From Bacteroidota bacterium (GTDB lineage Bacteria; Bacteroidota; Ignavibacteria; Kapaibacteriales; UBA2268), in contig JAFRQN010000154.1 in the NCBI GenBank assembly GCA_017428585.1, forward strand, positions 1 to 46,559: 46,559 nucleotides of DNA, written 5' to 3'. Of this stretch, positions 18,327-26,364 are shown piece after piece; the stretch's first letter is position 1; each line of letters opens with the position of its first letter. The notes below the pieces were generated by a model. That model saw nothing but the letters and a program-made list of their open reading frames with translations, ran no database searches and had not been told where the DNA came from. The position numbers and the translations under genes were made by a program.

Positions 18327-19271
18327 ATGAATACAAAAGATTTAGTTGTAAATCCAATGCTTACTAACTTTGCATTAGGTTATAAAAATGCAGCTTATGT
18401 TAGTGAAAAGATATTTCCAGTTACAAAAGTTTCTTCCCCTTATGGAAAAGTAAGAAAATGGGGAATTGAAGATTTTAGAAATTATACAACAATAAGAAAT
18501 GCACGCGGCAATGACAATGTTATTGACAACAACAATTTAACTAACATTGAATATTTATGTCAAGAACACACATTGACAACACGTTTAGACGTTCCTCTTG
18601 AAATAAACATTGCTAAATCTGCATCTGACGGTTTGGATTTAGAACGTGCTGCAGTAAATCAAGTAAGAAACAATTTATTATTATCACGTGAATATGACGA
18701 ATTGACATACGCACAAAATGGTTCTAATTATGGAGCAAATAATAAAGTTACTTACGCTGATGATTATTTAAACGAACCTGATGTAAATCCTATTACTGAA
18801 ATTTTGAAGTATATGGATCAATTACAAACTTCAATGCTTGGCAAACGTCCAAACAAAATCGTTATGAACTCAAAAATTTATAACGTAATTAGAAATCATC
18901 CAAAAGTAAGAGCATACGCAGTCAATAACACACCAGGCGATGCTGTTCCAACAAAATCATTCTTAGAAGATTTACTTGGAGTAAATGAGATTATTTTAGC
19001 TGATGCTACATATACAGCAGATGGTACTACATTCTCAAATGTTTGGGTTAATAATATATTATTATTAAACACTGCATTAGAATTTAATAATGGTATTTTA
19101 GACCCTACATTTGGTTTAACAATAGTAAGCAAAGAACCTGTTGTAGATGAATACTATGATTTTGGCGGCAAGATTAAGAACATACGTATAACAGAAGAAT
19201 ACGATTTCAAGATAACAATGCCAGATGCTGCATTCTTAATGATAACACCTATTGACCCTCTTGAGTATTAA
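18327..19271 (+). CDS. Major capsid protein
   Basis: 314 aa with GGAG upstream, located between the scaffold and decoration genes. N-terminus resembles the lambda E / Mu T class. Confidence 0.7.
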   Translation: MNTKDLVVNPMLTNFALGYKNAAYVSEKIFPVTKVSSPYGKVRKWGIEDFRNYTTIRNARGNDNVIDNNNLTNIEYLCQEHTLTTRLDVPLEINIAKSASDGLDLERAAVNQVRNNLLLSREYDELTYAQNGSNYGANNKVTYADDYLNEPDVNPITEILKYMDQLQTSMLGKRPNKIVMNSKIYNVIRNHPKVRAYAVNNTPGDAVPTKSFLEDLLGVNEIILADATYTADGTTFSNVWVNNILLLNTALEFNNGILDPTFGLTIVSKEPVVDEYYDFGGKIKNIRITEEYDFKITMPDAAFLMITPIDPLEY

Positions 19272-19283
19272 TAGGAGGCTGTC

Positions 19284-19550
19284 ATGGCTTTTCAGAAAAA
19301 GAAACCTGTTAAGAAAGCAGAAGAGAATATAGAAAAAGAAGAGATTAAACAAGAAGTGGAGCAAGTTGTAGAAGAAGCAAATAAAATAAAATATCGTGCT
19401 TTAACTACATTCAGCTTTAAGAAAAGAATATACAAAGAAAACGAATTATATGAATTAGAAGATGAAGCAACAATTAACAGATTGCTTGATTTAAAATTAA
19501 TAGAAGGCGTTTTAATAAAAGAAAATAATGAAAATATAGGAGAAAAATAA
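19284..19550 (+). CDS. Hypothetical E/K-rich head-module protein
   Basis: 88-aa ORF with AGGAGG 5 nt upstream. Confidence 0.5.
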   Translation: MAFQKKKPVKKAEENIEKEEIKQEVEQVVEEANKIKYRALTTFSFKKRIYKENELYELEDEATINRLLDLKLIEGVLIKENNENIGEK

Positions 19551-19551
19551 A

Positions 19552-19914
19552 ATGGCTTTAAATAAAAAGACACAAAAAATAGGTATGGCTGTTGGCGATG
19601 TAAAAGCTGGCGGTACAATTCACAAATACAGATTAGTAAAATTATCTGCATATAATACAATAGTAGAAACAACAAGTGCAGCAGTAGCAGTTGGCGTTGT
19701 ATTAGAAGATTATGCAGAAGGCGATACAGCAACATATTATTCACATTCAATAGTTCCTGTTGAATGCAGTGCTGCAATCGCAATCGGCGCAAAAGTTTCA
19801 GCAGATTCTAATGGTAAAGCAGTAACTACATCCAGTACTAATTTTGTTGTTGGTATTTGTGTAGAAGCAACAGCTGCAGCAGGCGACCTTGCTATGGTTC
19901 AATTATTAGTATAA
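19552..19914 (+). CDS. DUF2190-type head decoration / cement protein
   Basis: A/G/V-rich 120 aa (VKAGGTI...VGVVLEDYAEGD...IGAKV), typical of DUF2190 proteins found next to capsid genes. Confidence 0.6.
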   Translation: MALNKKTQKIGMAVGDVKAGGTIHKYRLVKLSAYNTIVETTSAAVAVGVVLEDYAEGDTATYYSHSIVPVECSAAIAIGAKVSADSNGKAVTTSSTNFVVGICVEATAAAGDLAMVQLLV

Positions 19915-20029
19915 GGTGCGTTTTGGATAAATACTTAATAAAATAATACCTATAAAATATAAAATTATATATTATAATTTGATTTAATTAAATAAAGGGG
20001 CGGGCGACCGCTCCTACAATATAAAGCTT

Positions 20030-20464
20030 ATGACAAATACACAATATACGACGGTAGCAGATATAAAAGCATATTTTGATGATAACTATTTGAATCAATT
20101 TACAATAGATACAGGAGCGACAAGCACTACTGATGATGTTGTAATCGGAGCGGCTGTTGATGCTTCTAATAATCTGATTGATGGGTTTGTATCAAAACGA
20201 TATTCTGTACCAATAACAGATTCAACAAAGATACCAGATATACTAAAACAGGTTGCTCGATACTTTACATATTACGATTTATATATACGTCGTGATGGGT
20301 TTCCAGATGAAAAGATGTTAAAGCAAAGAGAGGAGTATATGGATTTGTTGAAACGAATAGCAAAAGGTGATATATTACTTGATGGACTTGAAATAGTTAA
20401 TGGCAATGTTATTTTTGGCGGTCGTCGTTTAGTTTTTACAGATGATATACTAAATATGTATTAA
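20030..20464 (+). CDS. DUF1320 (Mu gp36-like) head-tail connector protein
   Basis: The YTTVADIKAYFDD start and size are typical of DUF1320. Confidence 0.55.
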   Translation: MTNTQYTTVADIKAYFDDNYLNQFTIDTGATSTTDDVVIGAAVDASNNLIDGFVSKRYSVPITDSTKIPDILKQVARYFTYYDLYIRRDGFPDEKMLKQREEYMDLLKRIAKGDILLDGLEIVNGNVIFGGRRLVFTDDILNMY

Positions 20465-20465
20465 T

Positions 20466-20921
20466 ATGGTAAGCGAAAAGAAAGTAATTGATGAAGTTAA
20501 GAAGTTATTAAAAGCAGAATTTAGTCAAGCAAATAAAGATAAATTTGCTGTTGAAAGTTATCCTGTTTCCTTATCAAATTACACATTGAAGCATGCCAAT
20601 GGAGTAATAATGGTAAAGGAGTTAGGAATGAGCGTTAATTTAACACAATCTGAAGCTGGACATTATTATTACAATAAATTTGCATGGAATATGTTAAGCG
20701 TTGGGTTGGCTGTATTGTTTCGCCGTACATATATCAGACAGGATAGGGTTACTGAAATATGTGAAGTGTGTGATAGAATAAGAGCATGTTTACAAGATCA
20801 CGCAATTTTTAATAGGAATTTATATGTTACTGATATGAGTGAGAGCATATATGATTCTAATAAAGATTGGTATTATAGAACAATAGATTTAACTTTCCCT
20901 TACATAGTTGAGGTAAGATAA
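20466..20921 (+). CDS. Hypothetical head-completion protein
   Basis: 151-aa ORF tightly coupled to its neighbours. Confidence 0.45.
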   Translation: MVSEKKVIDEVKKLLKAEFSQANKDKFAVESYPVSLSNYTLKHANGVIMVKELGMSVNLTQSEAGHYYYNKFAWNMLSVGLAVLFRRTYIRQDRVTEICEVCDRIRACLQDHAIFNRNLYVTDMSESIYDSNKDWYYRTIDLTFPYIVEVR

Positions 20922-21244
20922 TGAGTGCAGAATTTGTAGCAAGTGTAATCTTAGCAGTATGTTCATTAGCTGGATTAATCATTAAATTAATAATGGACTT
21001 TAGAAGATTACGAAAAGAAATTTTTGAAAAAGACAAAAACATAGAAAATATACAAGACAAGTTTGTAGAAAGCATAGAACGTATAATGCTTCCTATAACA
21101 CAAAGAATGGATAGAATTGAAGACGATTTCAATAAATTAGAATTAAAGATAAAAGACAATAATTCTAAAATCCAAGACTTAAAACAGAATGAAATTAATA
21201 TAAACAATAGAATAGATAAAATATTAACAACAAAGAAAGATTAA
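20921..21244 (+). CDS. Membrane-anchored coiled-coil protein (lysis cassette)
   Basis: N-terminal TM segment (FVASVILAVCSLAGLIIKLI) followed by a charged coiled coil. Confidence 0.5.
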   Translation: MSAEFVASVILAVCSLAGLIIKLIMDFRRLRKEIFEKDKNIENIQDKFVESIERIMLPITQRMDRIEDDFNKLELKIKDNNSKIQDLKQNEININNRIDKILTTKKD

Positions 21245-21245
21245 T

Positions 21246-21632
21246 ATGAAATTAGAATTTAATATAAATGAAATTAGGAAAAATAAATTATTAAGTTTAG
21301 CAATAAGCATATTATTAATTATAATAACTATTGTAGGTATATATTGGATAGACTCACCATTTTTATATACTATTGCAAATATATTTACATTAATATTAAC
21401 ATATATAATAAGTATTAGTTTAGTAACGTATGCTTCTACAAAATTAAACTTTTTCAAAATTGGTTTTGATATAGAAGAGTATAGAAAAATTGAAAATCTT
21501 AAAGAAAAAGACGCATATATAGAAATAGAAAAAATTAAGTTATTAGGAAAAGATATTATATATGCTTTTTTGCTTTTAGGAATTGCTGTTATAATTGGTT
21601 ATGGATATAGTTTGATACAATTTAGAATGTAG
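21246..21632 (+). CDS. Holin-like multi-pass membrane protein
   Basis: Three hydrophobic segments, located immediately upstream of the endolysin. Confidence 0.5.
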   Translation: MKLEFNINEIRKNKLLSLAISILLIIITIVGIYWIDSPFLYTIANIFTLILTYIISISLVTYASTKLNFFKIGFDIEEYRKIENLKEKDAYIEIEKIKLLGKDIIYAFLLLGIAVIIGYGYSLIQFRM

Positions 21633-21635
21633 GCA

Positions 21636-22268
21636 ATGAAAAAGGTTTTATTATTATTCTTGATTATTTCATATAGTTTATTTTGCAAAGAAAGTTATAC
21701 AATAATAGACAATAACAATGTTTCTTTGTTAGCTTTGGAAATTGCAAAAACACAAATTGGAGTAAAAGAAACAGCAGGTAAAAATAGAAGCTCACAAATA
21801 GATTTATACAATAAGACAGCAGGTGTGAGTTTAGGTTCACCTTATTGTGCAGCAGGCATTTATTGGAGCTTTAAGACAGCCGCAGATTCATTAAAAGTAA
21901 AGAATATAATAAAACAGACAGCGTCAGCCAATGGACAATATGATTATTGCAAAAGCAAAGGTACAAAAGACAGCATTTACAAAGCTAATAAATCAAGTTT
22001 AATAGTATGGAAATATTCTAATTCTTACAATGGACACATTGAAATAATAAACAAAGTATTAAACAATGGAAACGTGGAAACAATAGGTTTTAACACTTCT
22101 TCAGGCGCCAGTGGTTCTCAAAGGGACGGCGAGGGAGTATATAAAAGACAAAGAAACATAAAATATAAATTAGGAAAGATGTTAGTTAGAGGAGTAATAA
22201 ATTTTGAAAAAGAAAAGAATAATAACAATAATACTAATTATTATAAATGTACTTTGTATAAGTTGTAA
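21636..22268 (+). CDS. Endolysin, CHAP / NlpC-P60-like peptidase with N-terminal signal sequence
   Basis: GSPYCAAGIYWSF (catalytic Cys), NGHIEII (His) and GFNTSSG. Hydrophobic N-terminus MKKVLLLFLIISYSLFC. Confidence 0.65.
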   Translation: MKKVLLLFLIISYSLFCKESYTIIDNNNVSLLALEIAKTQIGVKETAGKNRSSQIDLYNKTAGVSLGSPYCAAGIYWSFKTAADSLKVKNIIKQTASANGQYDYCKSKGTKDSIYKANKSSLIVWKYSNSYNGHIEIINKVLNNGNVETIGFNTSSGASGSQRDGEGVYKRQRNIKYKLGKMLVRGVINFEKEKNNNNNTNYYKCTLYKL

Positions 22269-22629
22269 ATCTAATCAAGATATAATAAAAGATACTACAA
22301 TAAATATAAAAGATGTAGAAACTGATTACAAATTTCAAAATGTACCCAGTTTAGTTTATGACAACAACCTTAATTTGATTTATTTTGAGAATGATACAAT
22401 AATATATGTAGATAATACTAAACTACATATAAAACAAAAATACGATGTAAAAAAGAATTTACTAAATACTGATATACAAATAAAAAGACAAGATACTACT
22501 ACCATAATAAAAGAAACAAAGGAAATAAAAAAAGAAATAGAAAAAAAAGATTACTTTTTTTTAATTACAGCAGGTTTTTTATTAGGTATTTTAGGAACAA
22601 TATTTTTAATATATAAAATAAAGAAATAA
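22204..22629 (+). CDS. Unimolecular spanin candidate
   Basis: Lipoprotein-like signal (IIINVLCISC) plus a C-terminal TM helix (FFLITAGFLLGILGTIFLIY). Overlaps the endolysin 3' end. Confidence 0.5.
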   Translation: MKKKRIITIILIIINVLCISCKSNQDIIKDTTINIKDVETDYKFQNVPSLVYDNNLNLIYFENDTIIYVDNTKLHIKQKYDVKKNLLNTDIQIKRQDTTTIIKETKEIKKEIEKKDYFFLITAGFLLGILGTIFLIYKIKK

Positions 22630-22634
22630 AAAAT

Positions 22635-23351
22635 ATGTATTTGCAAAAGATAGGCAACAATAATCTAAAAACATACGAAGCATTTGGAAAATTAGAATTT
22701 GATGATTTAGGAACAGGTTTTATAAATGTAATGAATAGTTACAATGTATTAAATCTTGATACTAATTCGCAATATGCAGGGGACAACGTTTTACAATGGA
22801 TGGACGCATTAGCAAATACAAAGGTGCCGCAGGGCTCAGCTTCGCATCATCAATATGTTGCAGGTGATTACATAGTACAATGTGTAATAAATGTAAAAGA
22901 TAATACAAATAATACAATAATACATTATAACATAGACAAAGACCGTCTGCCAACAGGAAGAGATAGGTTAGAAATTGTATTTGATGATATAATACAAAGT
23001 GATGTTTCAGGTTTTACTAATAAGAATTTAGATTATGATAGCTACGTAACTATTTATAATCCAAGCAATATGAATATAAGAACATATTTTGGATATAGGA
23101 ATATATATTCTGCTTCTTTGGATGCTGATTACGCGCGGGATAAAAATCCAGCTTTTTATTTTCAAAGGGAGCATATATCATTATATCAAGGTACGGCTTT
23201 TGTTGGTATAAATGAAATGATGGTTTTACATATTAAATATAATGTATATAGTGGTTTGATGGTATTTATAGAAAATTATAAATATTCTGATTTTAGCTAT
23301 GATAATACTCAGGATACAAAAAACAATGCAAATATATTTAAATTCATTTAG
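22635..23351 (+). CDS. Hypothetical virion protein
   Basis: 238-aa ORF between the lysis and fibre genes. Confidence 0.45.
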   Translation: MYLQKIGNNNLKTYEAFGKLEFDDLGTGFINVMNSYNVLNLDTNSQYAGDNVLQWMDALANTKVPQGSASHHQYVAGDYIVQCVINVKDNTNNTIIHYNIDKDRLPTGRDRLEIVFDDIIQSDVSGFTNKNLDYDSYVTIYNPSNMNIRTYFGYRNIYSASLDADYARDKNPAFYFQREHISLYQGTAFVGINEMMVLHIKYNVYSGLMVFIENYKYSDFSYDNTQDTKNNANIFKFI

Positions 23352-23390
23352 GAAATAATTTTTTTAATCAATAAATAAAAGTAAACAATT

Positions 23391-24986
23391 ATGGCAGAAC
23401 GTTTAGATATAGTTTCACAAAGTAACTTTCCAACAAATAAAAGCAATACAGTTGAAATAGTTACTACAACAAAGAAAAAAGTAACAACGGCGTCAGCTTC
23501 CGATATTGCAACGTTAGTAACGCCAGCAATTAGCAATTTGGATATAGCAACACAAACAAACTTTCCAATCCAATCAAGCGACGCTCAGTCTGATTTTATA
23601 ATAACAACAGACGGCGGCGTAAACAATGTAACAGCGGAGGCGGCTGCAGGTTTGATTAGTTCATACATACCAACAGGCGGCGGCGACCCACATGAGCCAG
23701 AATTTACAGAAGATTACAGCACAAATTATAGTGATTTTTCAAATTTTACAGGGAGCGGAACAGAAGCAGACCCTTATCAAATTTGGAACGAAAAAATGTT
23801 TTTGAATGCACGTTTTAAGGTAAATAATGGTGGATTGTCTGATGCAACATATTTTAAACAGATGAGAGATATAGATTGGCATTTTGATGGTATAGGTTTT
23901 TGTATGACAGCAGGTACTTTTTATATTTATGATACAAACAACACAGATCTTCTTGATACTGCTTTTTATGGTTCGAGTACTGCGTTTCAATATTTTAATT
24001 ATGAAGGCGGTTTACATACATTAAATTTACATTTAGATGATTTTACATTTAATACTGATTTTGTAGCAAATTTAATTAATTTTACTGCGCCTCATGGAAA
24101 AATAACTACTTCTACTACATCTAATAGTTGTGCTATTCTCTTTTCTTTTATAGCTGCTAATATAATTAAAGATTTAACATTTTCTTTAAAAGGGAAATTT
24201 TATTCTTCTTTATCATATATATATTGGAAATTGTTAGAATTTAAGACAAAATTAGAAAATGTTACAATAAAAGACTCTCAAGTTATTGTTACTTCAAATA
24301 ATTCTAAATTTGAGCAGCTGATATTGAGTAATTATGCAACAGCCGAATTTAATAATATAAAGATTATAGATTGTAATGTAGTTGGTGGTAGTTCTACACC
24401 TTTAATTAATATTTCATGTGATACTAATAATTTATTAATTGAAAATTGTGATTTTTCAAATACTAGTAATCCTATATATAATTCTTATTATTCCAAAGAT
24501 ATTAATTATTTTCATATTAATAATTGTATAATTAAAGGTACGCCGAGTAATAGTACAGGATTGATTACTGGTGGTAAAATATATAATTGTTTAATAGAAA
24601 ATACTAAATTTTATAGTGGTTTGCCAAATTATGCTTTTATTTTAGTAAAAGCAGATTATATATATAATTCATGTTTAAAGAATTTATATATAGAAGGAAA
24701 ATCTTTTTATGGTTTCAGTGTAAATTATAAATTATATGGATGTTCATTTTTAGGTTCTATATGGTGCAAGCAATTAGACAACAGCGGCGAATTTTATCTT
24801 TGTAGATTTATTGGTTCGAGTGCTTTGCCAACGGGAGAACATGCAGTAAATTATTGTAAAAATTCGTGTGCTTTCTTTGTAGATAGTAATTCATATACAT
24901 ACGATTCATCTGTCCACGCTTACTTGGATCCAAATACTACTGGGAATAAAGCGGATGCTTCAGGCTTACAAATAGGAAATATGTAA
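23391..24986 (+). CDS. Tail fibre / receptor-binding protein with beta-helix-like repeats
   Basis: 531 aa. The C-terminal two-thirds has recurring N-C-x-[IF] / N-x-[ST] rungs (IDCNVVGG, ENCDFSNT, NNCIIKGT, YNCLIENT). Confidence 0.5.
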   Translation: MAERLDIVSQSNFPTNKSNTVEIVTTTKKKVTTASASDIATLVTPAISNLDIATQTNFPIQSSDAQSDFIITTDGGVNNVTAEAAAGLISSYIPTGGGDPHEPEFTEDYSTNYSDFSNFTGSGTEADPYQIWNEKMFLNARFKVNNGGLSDATYFKQMRDIDWHFDGIGFCMTAGTFYIYDTNNTDLLDTAFYGSSTAFQYFNYEGGLHTLNLHLDDFTFNTDFVANLINFTAPHGKITTSTTSNSCAILFSFIAANIIKDLTFSLKGKFYSSLSYIYWKLLEFKTKLENVTIKDSQVIVTSNNSKFEQLILSNYATAEFNNIKIIDCNVVGGSSTPLINISCDTNNLLIENCDFSNTSNPIYNSYYSKDINYFHINNCIIKGTPSNSTGLITGGKIYNCLIENTKFYSGLPNYAFILVKADYIYNSCLKNLYIEGKSFYGFSVNYKLYGCSFLGSIWCKQLDNSGEFYLCRFIGSSALPTGEHAVNYCKNSCAFFVDSNSYTYDSSVHAYLDPNTTGNKADASGLQIGNM

Positions 24987-25144
24987 TGATTAAAACTAAT
25001 TTACAAAAAGAATACAATAAATATCTTCAATCAAGATTAAATAAATGTATAGAAGATTACAATGAAAAGGTAGAAGCTAAGAAGTTATTATTAAAAGCAA
25101 TAGAAACATTAAACAATAATAAAAAAGTCAATGGAAAAAGATAA
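24986..25144 (+). CDS. Small hypothetical protein (52 aa)
   Basis: TAATG overlap with the fibre gene stop. Peptide MIKTNLQKEYNKYLQSRLNKC... Confidence 0.35.
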   Translation: MIKTNLQKEYNKYLQSRLNKCIEDYNEKVEAKKLLLKAIETLNNNKKVNGKR

Positions 25145-25325
25145 GTTTAATTTTGATACAAAGAAAAAAGAAGACGAAAAAGAAAAAGAAATAATTAAAA
25201 CTTTTAACATAAACATAAAAGATTTTATAAAATTCTTAAAAGAGAACAATATAAAATTTATTTATAAAAACGAAATGAAGGTGGAAGATTTACAAAGAAT
25301 ATTCAATGATTATCTAAAAGATTAA
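25131..25325 (+). CDS. Small K/E-rich hypothetical protein
   Basis: 64-aa ORF. Confidence 0.4.
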   Translation: MEKDKFNFDTKKKEDEKEKEIIKTFNINIKDFIKFLKENNIKFIYKNEMKVEDLQRIFNDYLKD

Positions 25326-25479
25326 AAATTTCGTTTATATTTTGTTTCTAAGACGTTTTTATTATTGACTTGATAAATTATACTAAAAAGAAATAAAAAT
25401 TTAATACTCACAAAATAAACATTAAAAAAAAATATATTTTTTTAACATTATATTAAAAATAAATAGGAGAAATTAAAAA

Positions 25480-26253
25480 ATGGCTAAGACAGTTAGTGCA
25501 ACATTAGGAAATGAAAGCGATACCACGTTATTGTGCGCCTATCCAGCGGTGGCAATGTGGAAAGTATCCAGCGGTTCTTTAGTTCCTTTATATAGTTTTT
25601 ATGATACAGGCGATACGACAACAACATGGGCGGCTGATCCATCCAGTACATCTGGTTCAGAAGCTACAAACTATGAAATAACAGCAGGAGACGGCACGGT
25701 GGTTCAGTTCCCAAAAAATACAAGACGCATCGATGGTACAGACGGCACTTTAGTTACTACAAGTTCAACAAGCGATGGTAACTTCTCAAACGTAGGTACA
25801 ATGCAATTTACAGCACAATTTGCGCCAAAAGCATACGGCGGATCAAGTTTCGCAAAACAGACATGGTCAAGTTTCATAAATCAATTAACACAAGGCACTA
25901 CGCCAGTTAGAGATATGGAATTATTGGTTGCAATGCCGACAGGTCAAACATACACTGATATAAACACAAATAATACTGGTACTGGTCAAGTTGATGGTTG
26001 GATTTTTATGTTTGGAAAAATTAATTCTGATATTACAGTTGCTGCAGGCAGTGCAAATCCAACAAATTTACAAATAACACTTGCTTCATACCGTCCGCAT
26101 GGTATAGATGCAGAAGATATAGGCGGGATGACTGCTATTGCTTTGTTAGTTCCAGATGGTACACAAACAGGCATCACCGTAACAACACCTTCTTTATCAA
26201 GTGATGATGCGGCAGTTCTTTTGGCAGGTAAAATTTTACTAAAAGCTAATTAA
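25480..26253 (+). CDS. Abundant virion structural protein, probably the major tail protein
   Basis: 257 aa, T/S/G/A-rich, AGGAG 10 nt upstream, with noticeably GC-richer codons than neighbouring genes. Confidence 0.45.
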   Translation: MAKTVSATLGNESDTTLLCAYPAVAMWKVSSGSLVPLYSFYDTGDTTTTWAADPSSTSGSEATNYEITAGDGTVVQFPKNTRRIDGTDGTLVTTSSTSDGNFSNVGTMQFTAQFAPKAYGGSSFAKQTWSSFINQLTQGTTPVRDMELLVAMPTGQTYTDINTNNTGTGQVDGWIFMFGKINSDITVAAGSANPTNLQITLASYRPHGIDAEDIGGMTAIALLVPDGTQTGITVTTPSLSSDDAAVLLAGKILLKAN

Positions 26254-26364
26254 TATATTGAATATCTTATAAAGTTGGTTTATTTAATTATTTAATATTA
26301 TTATTTGAGGGAATTATGAATAATTTGTAATTCCCTTTTTTTATAAAACTATTTATTTTTAATT

